Shown: positions 13,889 to 27,796, counted from the stretch's first letter. The stretch: DNA of 64,000 bases from Trichoplax adhaerens (GCF_000150275.1 NW_002060954.1:806001-870000), one strand, 5' to 3'. Notes: generated by a model not told the origin, from the sequence alone. Program-made: numbers and translations.

Positions 13889-14777
13889 TTAGAATCCAAG
13901 AAGTAGTAGCCATTTGGTAATAGGCTTTACATGTTTGCCTTTGATAAAGATTTGGCTATTTACTTCATTTATTTGAATCTGTACATCTTCTCCCAATAAG
14001 CGCTTTAAACCTTCTTTAACAGCCTTGAAAATATAAATGTAATGATATGATCAACAAGTATCTTCAAGCTAACTCATAAAGCACACGATACTTACATGTA
14101 AATCTCCTTCAATCTTTCTAATGATAGTCAGGTGTAAGGTGCGCCCTTTTCTAATCTCGCTATATACTGGGATATTATTCGTTTTGGAACGATTGATACG
14201 AAAGGGTAAAGGAGGAGGTGAATCTAGTAGAATGAAGTTACATGAGTTATGATATCAAGAAGGCTGTTTAAATCTCTAATTTTTAAGTGTGTAATGCAGT
14301 CATACTCTACCTAGTGGAGGCATCCATCCACTTATGGAATCAATTTGGCGTAAAGGGATATGGGGATAAACATTGTAATTTATTTGATGATAAGCCTTTC
14401 GGTCACGTTTTTGGTCAGCTGGAGCCAGATTTTCAATTTGTCTAGACCACTGCAATGATATCAATTTTCAGTATTAATATGTGCAGAACAGCAAACAATA
14501 ACAATAAAAAATTGCATGGATAGGATAGCTTTCACATTATACCATACGAGTATTTGTCAGTATGCTCACGCTGTAAATAGCTCTTGCAAACTGCTGTACT
14601 GTACTGTGCTATAAAAAACATACAGCTAGATAACTTGTAGTTTATTTATTGTATGCTTTAGCAAGAAGTGATACCTTGCAATGGAAAAGCTTTATGTTTA
14701 GTGGTACTTACAATAGATCCATAAGCTAATAGACGAGTTCGTGAACGGCATAGCGACGAAGCTAAGATAGGGAACAT
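13889..14777 (-). CDS. MRPL49: Mitochondrial ribosomal protein L49 (exons ~14777-14712, 14608-14543, 14449-14311, ~14223-14096, ~14025-13889)
   Basis: Only partly in the ORF track. Reverse-strand translation gives presequence MFPILASSLCRSRTRLL, then SGWMPP, LPFRINRSKTNNIPVY, TIIRKIEGDL, INEVNSQIFIKGKHV and KWLLLLGF*, which are typical of mL49. Confidence 0.92.
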
Positions 14778-14965
14778 GGTGTAGTGGCAGCTTTTAGAGA
14801 TCCGTCCGTGAATGAGCTTCAGCCTCCAAAGCCTCAAACTACTCAAACTAGTGTTGTACGTACTAGTACGCTTCAAACGATCAACGGACGCATTTAGTGT
14901 CGTACGATCTTGAAATTCTTGACCGAGCTGACAGTGGTAGTACTGTGACACTTATGTTGTTACAG

Positions 14966-15565
14966 CGCATGTGTTTTAATACTGTATGAAGGACTGAGAG
15001 GTTTCAGACGGACGGATTATTTTAGATTTAATTAAATTAAATAGATTTAATGCGAAATGAGGCCCAATGTCACAGGACTGTACTGTACAGTGTACAGTAC
15101 AGTACAGACTACAGTGCATGTGTTTTAATACTGTATGACGGACTGAAAGGTCTCAGACGAGCGGATTATTTTTTTACAGTAGATTAAAACACACGCGCTG
15201 TACTGTAGTCTGTACTGTACTGTACTGTACAGTACATCCAGTACAGTACTGTGACATTGGGCCTCATTTCGTCTTAAATCTACTTAATACTGTATGACGG
15301 ACTGAAAGGTATCAGACGGACGGATTATTTTAGATTAAATAGATTTAAGACGAAATTGGGCCCAATGTCACAGTACAGTACAGTACAGTACAGACTACAG
15401 TACTGTACAGTGCATATGTTTTAATACAGTACAGTATGACGGACTGAAAGATCACAGACGGACAGATTATTTTGGATTAAATACTGTAGATTTAGATTTA
15501 AAACGAAATGAGGCCCAATGTCACAGTACTGTACTGTACAGTACAGTACAGTACAGACTACAGTA
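14966..15565. repeat. Four-copy ~150-bp tandem repeat array, with part of copy 2 inverted
   Basis: Unit gcatgtgttttaatactgtatgacggactgaaaggtntcagacggacggattattttagattaaatagatttaagacgaaatgaggcccaatgtcacag(tacag)n actacagt begins at ~14966, 15116, ~15285 (truncated) and 15412. Segment ~15184-15288 reads as the reverse complement (gtgacattgggcctcatttcgtcttaaatct). Confidence 0.95.
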
Positions 15566-16997
15566 CCGTATTTAGTATTTGAGCCTCTAACTGTGCTGTA
15601 CAGTGTACAGTGTACAGTGTATAGTACAGTACAGTAAGACTAAACGTGACTGGTGGGTTAACGGGGGCGCCATCGAAGTATCTTAGCATTTGACTTTCTT
15701 TGAGCGGATTAATTCGTTGGCGCTTGAATCTATAGTTTATCGTATCCATCTGAACATAAAGATCCATTTTGTAAGTTGAAGAAGTAGAAATTAGTTTTAT
15801 GTTGGCAATTAAAAGTATTTGTAGTTTCGTTAAGACTTTATTTTTTAAGATTTTGGGTCTCAAATTTTATGATGATCGACAATGCGTGATAAATTTTCGT
15901 GTTTTCTTTGTATGTATGATCAAGGAATAAAGATGTATCAAGTTGCTGTTTAGTTAGTTATTTAGTACAGTAGACTATCAGTAGCTAGTAGATAATGCAT
16001 TCCACTAGTGAAACAGTATTATTGATTATTGTAATTTTACGTATAGTTCAGCGCTGACCAGTTGATAAAAGGGAAGAAATTCTAAATTTGAGGGGTTATA
16101 ATAGTGACATTCATTGATGCTCGATTGTAATATCATTCAAGTTTGAGTTGCACATCACGATGGAGTAATCAGTCATTTATACGTTTGTGAAATACGGTCG
16201 AACTCTTTGTACACATAGGAGTAATAAAATGACAAAATTTCCGTATAAATTAGAATTATTAGCGTAAGACGAAATGCTCGGTTTTACGGTAGTTTGCCGC
16301 TACATCTATACCTTAGACATAGCACTACACTATAATAATTCATAATGGATTAATTATTAATAATTTGATGGTGAGAAATGTTGTAGCTAAATTTGTAATC
16401 ACTACCACAGATTATCATGTACAGATAGAATACGAATTTACTACCTGTGGTCATTAGAATTTTTAGTGAATACGAGCTCTAGGGCAGCCGCCTTGCTAGG
16501 CTCGCTTAGTCGCTTTTATTATCGCTATTTATTTGGTGCAAAAGGGTCTAACTAACTAATAGCAAATAGCGCGAAATCCATGGATTGCCAAATGTTCCTT
16601 TAGTAATCCATGATTAGGTGCGCGGTTGGGTGTATCAATTATTAATTTTCTCACAGTCACTACGAAAATGTCGTGCGGGTTTATTAAATTACTTTTACTG
16701 CTATTGGTCATCCTAAAGTACTCAGCTATGCGTATATTAGTCAATGATACGGACTGTGATTTTTACTTGGAATCCCACATTTTAACCCGTATTAATGCAC
16801 TGTAATATCAGAGATAGAGTAGTTAAAAACATTTGTATCATAATTATCAACCAGGCGAGGGATTCTTAGTACTGTATAAAATTTTTCACTTTAATACACG
16901 GTGCTTGAAATATGTAATCTGCTAACGACGTTAGAGTTCTTTATCTAATCTACCTTGCACATCTTGATAAAATTTCATAGTTAAACTTCGATCAAAA

Positions 16998-19900
16998 ATG
17001 GAAAATCAAGCAGATATGCAAGTAGTAACTCAACAACAACAGCAACAGGATGAAGCTACAAATCCAACAGCAGATGGAAATGCGACTGCAGAGGATGAAT
17101 TAGAAGCATATTGGAAACCTGTTAGACAAAATTCAAGCGACTTCGATTCTTGGACGTACTTACTACAATATGTCGAGAAGAAGGTATGATAGGATCTTAA
17201 AATAACAACATGCCGATATTATAATAGCACTTTAGCAGATGATAATAACCGTGGATTTTACTATACTAAATGTAAAAATTAATTTCTATATGTATAGGAG
17301 GACTTTAGCTACATTTCTGGGGCTTATAACGAATTCTTTAAGCATTATCCCTACTGCTACGGATATTGGAAAAAATATGCCGAATTAGCCATTAAATACA
17401 CTGATTCCAATCAAGTTTTACAGGTAATTATCGACATCTTCCTCATGTGTACATTTCAACTAATTAAATGGATCAGTAGATAATACCAAATATATCGTTA
17501 GAATATGCTTTGGTAACTATTTTTGGTTGGTGACCGATCGTACTCGTAGCTTTTGCAGTTTTATATATCCTTAATGACAACGTTCGTAGGACAGTTACAG
17601 TTACTTTTTATGGAAGTAACCGCTGGAACAACCTTGGAAATAGTATCTTGTCGACAAAGTACAAAGAGAGCAAAAAGCTTAAAGTATTGCTTTGTGATAC
17701 TTTGTCTTTCACTAGTTTCTACGCTATTAATCTAGATAAAAGTGCTAATTATGATATCGGTTACAAATGTGATGATTTATTCTTTCTGGTATATTATAAT
17801 CAGATCTATGAAGCTGGCGTAAATGCTATCCCTTTGAGCATAGATTTATGGGAAAGCTATCTATCATTTTTCTCAAAATCTGTTGAAGAAAGTGGTGAAA
17901 ATAGAATAGATGAAATTCGGGGGTAAGATTGAATATGTCGATTTTCTTTAAGTACTTACTCTTTATTTTTATTTTTTAAACAAGCTGATGATTGTTAGTA
18001 TTACGTCATACAGCTTTGAGTTCGTATTTACCGTAGATAATGATCTAAAATTAACAGTTAGCAGGCTATGTTAATAAAAGAGCACAATATAGCTGTAAAA
18101 GTTAAAAAAGTCAACTATATCTTGTCATGTAAAAAAGCTCGCCATTGATATTCGTTATACAAAATATCATCAACTCTCTTCAATCTCAGTTTAAAGGTAA
18201 ACGAATTTGGTTACCTCTTTGTGTACATTAATATTTGTCATTCTCGTGGGCAACTGTAAAAAAAATCACCTATTGATGTAATTTATTAAGTATATAAATA
18301 TTCGTTACACGATTAGTTTATACCAGCGGGCCATTGCAACGGCAGGATTGGAGTTTATTTCGGATGTTTTATGGAATTCTTATATTGCTTGGGAAAAAGG
18401 ATCTGGATTACTGAAAAATGTTATCCCTATATTCGATCAAATACTTAAAATCCCTACTCGACAATATGGCAGTTATATTTTAAGGTATGTATACTGAAAT
18501 GGATGTTAACCGTAAATGGCTTCGTAATTGAAGAAATTTGATAAATATGTCCCTATTGAGATTTACACAATTTATGTCATTTAGTTTAACTGATTTTATC
18601 AACAACAACACGCCTGAAGATATCTTGTCAGAAGAAGATCTTGCAAGTATCCAATCTGAGATTGCCTCATCCGGTGATGCAGAGCAGGTGACACTGTCAA
18701 TATAGATAATTTGCTAAGTAGATTATTTATTAGTAACTTTTTTCAATTTATAATACCTTATATCATCTACTTATACTATTATTTATTTTCTAGCCAATTA
18801 CTACAGAATCAGTACGGGCTTGGCTGATAAAACCTAGACAAGCTCTGTACAGCGCAAATGAAGAGGAAGTTAAGAAGCGTTGGGGATTCGAGGATAAGGT
18901 TCGAAATTCTTAATGCTAACATTCTTGTTCTGCTGCGAGATCACATAATTATTATTTCTGGTTTAGAATTTGTAAATACGCTTACTTTTTTTCTCATAGA
19001 TTAAAAGGCCTTATTTCCATGTTAAACCTTTGGAGCAAGATCAACTTAAAAACTGGAGGGAGTACTTAGACTTTGAAATTGAGCAAGGAGATCAGAATCG
19101 TATTCGTGTATTATTCGAACGTTGTTTGATCGCTTGTGCTTTATATGAAGAATTCTGGCTTAAGGTGGCTATCGAACATAGATTTTATACTATAGAAACT
19201 GGAGTGCATTACACTTGCAATACTAATTCTATTGATTTCCTTGACGAAACAGTATGCGAAATATATGGAAGATTGTAATCCTAAAAGTTCATTAGCTGTT
19301 TTTGAGAAAGCATGCACGGTCCATTTGCCTCGAAAACATAGTATTCATATCGCTTGGGCTACTGCTGAAGAGAAATTTGGTTAGTAAAATTTATGTCTAA
19401 GGGTGATAATATGTCATTCAGGTAAGAATTAATGTCATGCGGTTTATTCCCGTTTTTACTAGGCAATTTTGATCGAGCAGATGATATCTTGAAGACTTTA
19501 TTAGACCGTGTGCCTGATTTAGCTGTAGTTACTATGCATCGTATAAATTTAGCTCGCCGTCGTGGAAACGCTGATAATATCAATGGTTTATATTCAGATG
19601 CGATTTCTAATTCAAAATCATCTCTTACGAGATCTCTTTATATTTCCCAGCTTTCTAAGTATCATCTCCAGGTACGCGATTGCTGTTATATGGTATGTCA
19701 TTTGTTTTAAAATTCAAGTATTCTGACTGTAAACTTTGCATTTTAGGTGAGAGGTGATGTCAATGCGGCAAGGCAAACGTTAACGGAAGGGATTGAAAAG
19801 TGCAAGGCAAGTAGTATTAGGATTTAAATTTAAGCTGTCATTGTTATGTTTACAATACTAAAAGTTAATTTGTGTTTCAGGAATCGGAAGCTTTGTATTG

Positions 19901-20627
19901 GCAATTACTCGATCTAGAATTATCACAACCAGGATGTGTTGATAAAACTCGCATTGAAGCTGTATTTTCTATAATATTTGCTAACGATGCTTTACCATCA
20001 ACTTGTAAGGAAGAATTTTCTCGCATGAGATTAAACTTTTTGGAAGATTTCGAAACAGATATTGGAAGGTAAGCTGTGATTGATTCCGAGCTATGAGACC
20101 TTATGTGTAAACTTATAGTATCTATACCGGTTCGTAATTTTCAGAATAAAAGAAGCATATGAAAGTCATGAAACAACGTACAACGTTGACTTACCGAAGT
20201 ATACGAATTCACGAAAACGACCTTTAGAAGATGGGTAAGCTATTTCTTTAGCTTGACTAATCTAAATGAAGTAAATCTCTGCCATGACTAGTCGCTAAAC
20301 CGTTATTTTGAATATACTTTAGGCAATCAGATACTCAAGCCAAGCAACTAAAATCCGATAGTGCAGCAGATCCAAACGCTATTGCATCTGCTCCGACGAC
20401 TCCAAATCCGATGGGAGTGCCGGATCCATCAATGTATTACCAACAACAGCAACAATGGGCTGCTTACGGACAAGTATACATTAATACATGTTGCGTAACG
20501 TGATATATAATCTAAGATTTAATTTCGGCGATAATTGCGCTAATGTTAAATTCTACGATTATAGGGGGGTTACGCGTACCCGCAACCAAATGCTTGGGGT
20601 GGTTATCAAGCCTTTCCTACGCAGTAA
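16998..20627 (+). CDS. PRPF39: Pre-mRNA-processing factor 39 (U1 snRNP HAT-repeat protein), multi-exon
   Basis: [63 protein letters not shown] and [16 protein letters not shown] are all hallmark Prp39 motifs. Confidence 0.96.
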
Positions 20628-21857
20628 TGATGTAGCACTGTAGTGTAGTACGTTTATGACAGAATATTCGTATATGACACTTGCACAGTGTAATTCTTCT
20701 ACGTAGAATAGTTATTAACAATGGTTTAAGCCTTACACTCTATTGTTAAGGTTGGACTGACATTTACTAAGTTCAGTAAGGCAGTGCTTAATTTTCATAT
20801 TTTGCATTAAAACAACTGTAATATAGTACTTCGTGACAAAGAAATTCCCTATGTTTTTGAGATACAGTTCCTTTTCGAGAAATTCCAATTTTTTGTTTTC
20901 TTATATATTATAGCATCATCACACTGATACTGGATAGTGGCCTAACACAAAATTAAAAAATGCTTACCTACCTAATTCTTAGATATTGCCTCTGTATTTG
21001 TATTTGCTAACAATTTTGGAAGCTTAATAAAGCTGGATAATGATGTTAGCGTCTTATACGTCGTCTATTTTCATAACGAGTCATTCTGAAGAGGGATATT
21101 GCATGATGAATACAAATTGATTAAAAATTATCACGTTTTTAAGTTAGTAAACTTTATTGAAGTTTATGGAAATAATTATATTATTTTACTGGATCTAAAG
21201 TTGTAGAGATTCAGTAATTATAACTTGACATGATTTCGTATGTCTACGTCTACTTAGAGTTAGAAAAATTTTTGATGATTGATACTCATAACGAAAAGAG
21301 ATGAGTTCGATTATATTTACAGCAACACAAATTTTGATTCAGTAAGTTTAAATTATATATTATTTATGAATTCGCTGTTATCATAATTTGAAACTTCAGA
21401 TGTTACAAATGTTCTCTTTCGATGAATTTAAAGTGAGTAGAGCGATTGCAAATTTAAAAAAAATTGAAATTTTATTTAATTTGGTGAACGAACAAAGTAT
21501 GTCGTTATCATGCGGTACTTGACTGAAACACTACAACAGAAATATCCTTTTATTAGGACTAGACTATATAATAAATATAAACCAATAGAATATCTTAATA
21601 TCGCTTCACTATACATCTTACTTGTGTAAGCATGAAAATTTTTTAATGTATACCATGTACCTTATAATTATTAATGATTTTACGTAACTACATACACTAC
21701 TCATATTATATTAAGAGTTGGCAGCATTATTTGATAGTATTGCTTGACCTCACATGACGATCACAAATTGCAATAACGGACTTAAACCTAAGTTGTAGCT
21801 ACAGGAGATTCATATTACAAAGAAGTACGTCTATTCTTTATTTTTCTCGTTATTACT

Positions 21858-23662
21858 TTATAAAGGCTTTTGGATAACGTGAATGAAAAATAGTGGCGGT
21901 TTGCCTGAATCCTTTTTATAAGACTTAAAATCTCCAAAAATTTCGTGCTTGGCATTGCTGCCAAAAGTGTTTTGAAGTAACTCGGTAAAATTATCAACAA
22001 GATGTGGGTAGTAGGATAACCGGAACTTACTATAGAAAGAAAATGTAAAAACGATATATTGGAGATTAATCACAGCTCGTAAGCATAGGAGGTGTAGCAA
22101 GACTACACTTCAGTAATATAGTTCCAAAAGCTCTAGATCACAATACGTAAACGTATAAATCGTTTCTGATATTATTTTTACCTGTTGTCAGGCTCCTTCT
22201 TATCGCTTTGATAGGCCTCACCGGCATCGCAGGCAGCATCCTCTGTAGCTATAATATAATCTAGGGTTACCATAGTAGGTTTTCCGTTTACGTGCAGGAC
22301 CGAGGTTTTAATATCTTTCAGATTTGAATCCTAGCGTAGAAAGGTGCATAGATTTTCACTGAATTATTTCTTAAGTAAGTCTTGAGCGTATATCTCTTTT
22401 GTTGCTGTTACTATAGTAATATTTACTAAGGTTTAACTCTAGATTAATTTATCAATCAAGAAATTACTCTTTCATCAGTGCCGTAGATTATAATTATACT
22501 GTAGCGATACCTTGATTGTAAATTTACACATATACAAGTATGGTAAATGTTTAGTAAATTTGCTTAATGTAACTCAGCTATACAGCATATCACCATTTCA
22601 TCCTATAATTTCACTCAATGATCAAAAATCTGCGTAACTTTTCTTCTACTTACAATTCAATAGTTTTTAATAGGTATGTATGATGCACTATGTAAAAGTA
22701 CTTAATCCATAGATACAGCATATAATAACATATGCTAGTAATTGAGTCTCTTTTCGTAATAATTTTTAATACGATAAACGGATATGTTTCACAGAAGTTA
22801 AAAAAAACCGATAAATTAATACAGAAAACTACCTTGCTGTTATAATAGATGTTCTTCTCTTGTGGTAATGTTCCTGATTTGATTATTTCATCGTAATTTC
22901 TATGATCTATTATTAGAATTCCGCCAGGTTTAAGTATGTCATAAAAATTTGCTAAGGCTAACTTTTGATCTGCTTGATCGCCACGAAAATCTGGCAAATG
23001 AGGAAATGAATTGCCTAAACAAAGTACAGCATCAAAACCGGAATTCGGAATCTCAATTTCTGATTGTGGTAAGGCCAACCAATTTCCTTCTTCAATAACT
23101 ACAAATAAAATAAAAAAGTATAAGAATACAATCGTATTTCATCATTTATTCCACACACACCGTATTCTACGATGCATAAACTGAGCGTATACCCCATTTA
23201 TCGAAAGCTTCTTCTTTGCGCCTCTGCCATCGTGTTTTTAGTGCGTGTTTCAACATCTTGTCGCTAGCGTCAATACTCGTCACTGTAAAACCTTCTTCCA
23301 AAAGGACGATGGAATCAATCCTATGTAATGAATACATTAATTAATTAATAACACAGTACCGCAAATTCTCTATAATTCGACGAATGTTACACTACAGTGC
23401 GATCGAAGCGATGATACGATCCCAAATTCTTTTTTTAAGACTGAAATAATTCATACCCAGTACCGCATGCTACGTCAAGGACAGTGTCCGCTTCATAATG
23501 TTTTAATAAGTCTCTGAGCCAATGACGATAATTTGCAGTTCTTGTCGAAGTATCTCCTATGTATGACTGCCAGACCCGAGCAGCCTTACCGTCAGCATAT
23601 TGATCTTTCAATCCTGTAGCACCTACACCTAATGATCTGGTACGATACACGCTATCAACCAT
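21858..23662 (-). CDS. GNMT: Glycine N-methyltransferase, about 5 exons
   Basis: [13 protein letters not shown]...[79 protein letters not shown] and FFIHVIQKP. Confidence 0.97.
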
Positions 23663-25117
23663 GATGCTAGGATAAAGAATTAAGAACACTGAATTAGTTT
23701 CTCCTATAACAACTATATACTACATCAATACTTTGTAACAGGTGCAATACATGTTGTAACTGTGGTAGTATGTAATTAACTCGCATCAGTTTTCTCCTGA
23801 TACGATTTTTAAACCAATTTCAGTATTTATAGTTGTATCAGCTGCATCTTAGCGTAGAATGATCAAACGGTTTTATGACATTGGAAGGACGGCCAATATT
23901 GTTGCTACTAGATATGAGCTAGACTTCTAGATAACTAGTAAATCTAGAAGTATGGTATGAGTATGAGTATGAAGTTAGTGAGCTGTAAAGGTTAGTATAG
24001 CAACTGCTATATTACCAAACTGCGTTAATGTGGGTATGCGATGGCTGCTCAATTTTGTTACCGTGACATCAGACTAGCTGGAATTTGTTTACTCACTTAC
24101 AAATAATGCTAAATTGAGCTATTGTAAATTTAGGAAAAATTTACTACACAGCCAACAGATACCTACCAACAGTAACATAAAAATGGTGGAATATGTGTAC
24201 TTGAATACTGGAAATTTTAACATGTATCACAGATCACGAGTTCTTCGGTGTCCCAGCATGTCTATTCCACGTACAGTACTCGTATTTATTAAAATTTTTT
24301 AGATTTATAAATTTAATTTATAATACTGGTAAGGACAGTATACGTAGTATTATCTACTCATTATGTTCATATAATGCTATATTACTGTGTACTGTAATTT
24401 GTATGAAAGTTTTATAGCTACTCATAATCCTGTTATATTTAATAAAATACTTGGGTTCTAGCGTCACAACCGAAACTTTCCTTATTATATATACAGTATA
24501 GTAGTTTGCATACACTGTAAATGCCATTGAAATAGGGCTAACAGGCTACTGTATGAAAGATACATATCAATGGGGTAGAGTAAGCGTTCCTGGCAAAGGT
24601 ATTATAGATATAAAACCTAATATACGTTGTACGGCCTAATATTGTATTTTTAACAAATTATATTAATTACGAAAGTACAATACTATAGTAAGCAGTCTGA
24701 ATACCGTACATTTAACATTTGTTGCAAACGACTATATCTATTTGAAATAAGATTCTTTTATCAATCATAAGCTAATGCCATAGAATAAATACCGGAGCTT
24801 CGGGTTTACCTAAGTACAAAACTGTATTAACAGTAATTGAATTACTTTCTTGATTGTTAGGCAAGATATTACTCTCTTACTACTGTACTATCTTCTACGT
24901 TGGGTGAATAGCATTTGCACAATCTACGATGTCAAATTCCACTTGATTAATTTTATTTTAACATGCTAAAATACATTATGTAATCCCTTGTTGTCACTCT
25001 ATACAATCCCTACAGCGACATCATCCAATTGCATTAACATCTCGTGCTGACGATGTAACGTTATTCATGTTTACGTACATTTTGAAGATTCTTCAAAGGT
25101 AGAAATTAGATAGGAGC

Positions 25118-25167
25118 NNNNNNNNNNNNNNNNNNNNNNNNNNNNNNNNNNNNNNNNNNNNNNNNNN
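25118..25167. other. Assembly gap (N run)
   Basis: Run of N bases. Confidence 1.
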
Positions 25168-27796
25168 ATATTATTTAAAAATCTAAAATCATAGTTACTA
25201 ACGTGTAGTACACTGGTTCCCAAATATACCCTGAGAATAATATACTGGTATTATTGTTTTGGTGCAAAGTGTGCATCAGTACTGTACAGAGTGCAGTCTT
25301 TGCAAAAGTTACGTAGAAATTTCGATGTAGCCTGAACAACTATTTATTAGGGTGCAGAGCTTAAAAAAGTTCGTATCATGGCAGCATGCTTCTACCAGTG
25401 TTGTAGCCCCACGGGACCAACTAAATTATCATACCCATACAACACTGGTTTATATATTACATGCTGCATGAATGCATTTAAGTATTCCGCTGCAATTAAT
25501 ATTATTTAATGAATCTGGTAGAACAGTTTCATGTTGTAGCTAATATCATATTTATAGACCACAATCGATTATAAATGATGTAGCAGAGCAAACTAAATTG
25601 CACCGCATGATCAGTTGAACAGCTTGAGCCTGACATATACGAGTAAATATGTACAACATACGTGCATTACAATAAATCGTGGTGTCGTGCATACAGTAGA
25701 TCACTACAATATACAGTATTCATGCCATAAATAATACGTGTACATGCAGTAAGCAACAGTATAATAATCAGATAAAGTCATATGCTTTCAGTATAATATA
25801 CTCAGTGTAAAGTGATGGAGAGTGGTAGAAATGTAAAAGTATAAGTACGTAAACATTACGCGAAGTATCACGAAACGAGGGGTTCGACTAGTATGTAATG
25901 GTATAATAACGGTACACTATACAGTAATAATAATAATAGTTATAATTAATAGCTATACTCTGGTCTCGCGATGATTTAAGGCTGAACCGCTGAAGTGACC
26001 ATATGGAAATGATTGAAGATTGTATAAAGTAAAAATTATATATATATAAATAAGAATACTGTGTACACATAATTTGTTCGTGTTAAATTGACGATGAATG
26101 GGTAGTAGATGTCGTGGCCCCCAATTTTATCCTCTATATTTCTAACTCCTTCACCGTTTACAGACGAACGACTGCAATATATTGTACAATATTAATTACT
26201 GCACGTCTATTTCAATTAAATATTAATTAATTATTCCTATATTGCCCCGTGTTTACTTACTACTAATTTATACAGTATAATAATTAACATCTATATATAT
26301 ACAATATATATATATATTCTCATGTATATATGTCATATATATAATTCTATACGAGCATAGTTCCATACTGGTACAGTATAACAGGATACGCATGCAGTAA
26401 GTATAAGATATACTTTACTGTACTTCGTATACTATATATATACGTATACGTATATAAATTACAAAGATAATTTTATGATCATATCATTTGGATTCTACTG
26501 AAGTTATGATCGATACTCAACCTAGAGATTTGTTTATATCGAATGCATCACTATCAATTTCTATATGCATTGCATGAGACAGTCGAACGTTACTTTTATA
26601 TCACTATATTCTAATTATAGCTAAAACGAAGCCAAAGCATACCGCGGTTGCTAATATCTTTAAGAAAAAAATGAACTATACCATGTACTGTATTGTATTA
26701 TACCGAATCGTGCGGTACACTGTACGAGTGTACGTCGACTAGTTACTCGATTCTGCACAATGCAGTCAGTGAACTCAAAGTTTCTGTCAAGTTCGTCAAT
26801 CTTATTTGCTGCGCGTGTACGTCTCCAGCTAATAATGCAGTAAATCAGAATAAAAGATAGATTGCTGATATAGTAATGGTATAAAAATAAGAGATTTAAT
26901 AACTTACTCTATGCTTACCTCAATATTAATATAAATAACAGAAGTGACTTTGAGAGCTGGTGCTTAAAATTGTAGCAATAACCTAGTACACCCTGCATTA
27001 ATACCCATAAAATAACAACTGGAAAAGCTCGTTTACTGTACAGTACTGGACTACAATCTCTCGAGCGCCGTCGTTTTGTACAGTACTGTACAGTACTGTA
27101 CTGTACAGTCTGTAGAGACCCTTTAGAGTACTGTAGAGCTGTACTGTACACTGTACTGTGGCATGGGCGTAAATCTTACGCATACAGTAGGCCGTATACT
27201 CTACGCAGTCCTGTAATACAGTAGATCATCTGTGAACTTTGATGGCAACCGCAACTTCCACCAGTGCACTCTGGTTGACCGATTGAGGGTGTACTGTATT
27301 CTATTGTACTCGACTGGGATTGAAGGAACAACTTGTCAAACCGGTTAAGCTAAACTTCACCCTTAAACAATACAGTATTAACAATAGCAGGGCTGGGGCT
27401 ACCAAAGAGAAAAGATCATGTTATGATCTCCATGCAGAACCATCTTCATGTTAATATCATATTTGATTAAAATTAGAATTGATTATATATCAGTAGTAGT
27501 AGTAGTCATGTACATTATACATGTACAGAAGGTGTTGCAGGAAATGTTGCACTAGGTTTTATCTTTTCTTTCAGTTCTGTACTACAGTATTTTGAAAGTA
27601 GAGACCCTCACACTGCATAGTCAGGTATACTGGACATACTGTACTGTAGACATTGGGCAGTCAGTAAAGTCGGATTGACACTTGACTCCGAGACAATATG
27701 TCTATTACATATACTGTACACAAGCAGCTAGTGTAAATTGTTAAAATGAGACAGTATATGAGCGTATAATAATTAAGAATGACTGAGGAAAAAAGT

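Noticed and set aside
14966-15565. Possible hammerhead-ribozyme (retrozyme) array: ctgtatga...gaaa within 150-bp units
   Set aside because: The core reads CTGTATGA, not CTGANGA, and I could not build helices I-III with a correctly placed GAAA and UH cleavage site. An Infernal search would settle it.
17553-17735. Possible poison exon or U12-type signal (ATATCCTT at ~17565) in a PRPF39 intron
   Set aside because: A single short match in AT-rich DNA with no convincing partner splice sites.
26915-27183. ORFs rich in YSTVQ/CTVLY (also 8005-8226, 15558-15863, 49960-50259)
   Set aside because: They are translation by-products of TACAG/TACTG runs, with no protein-like features.
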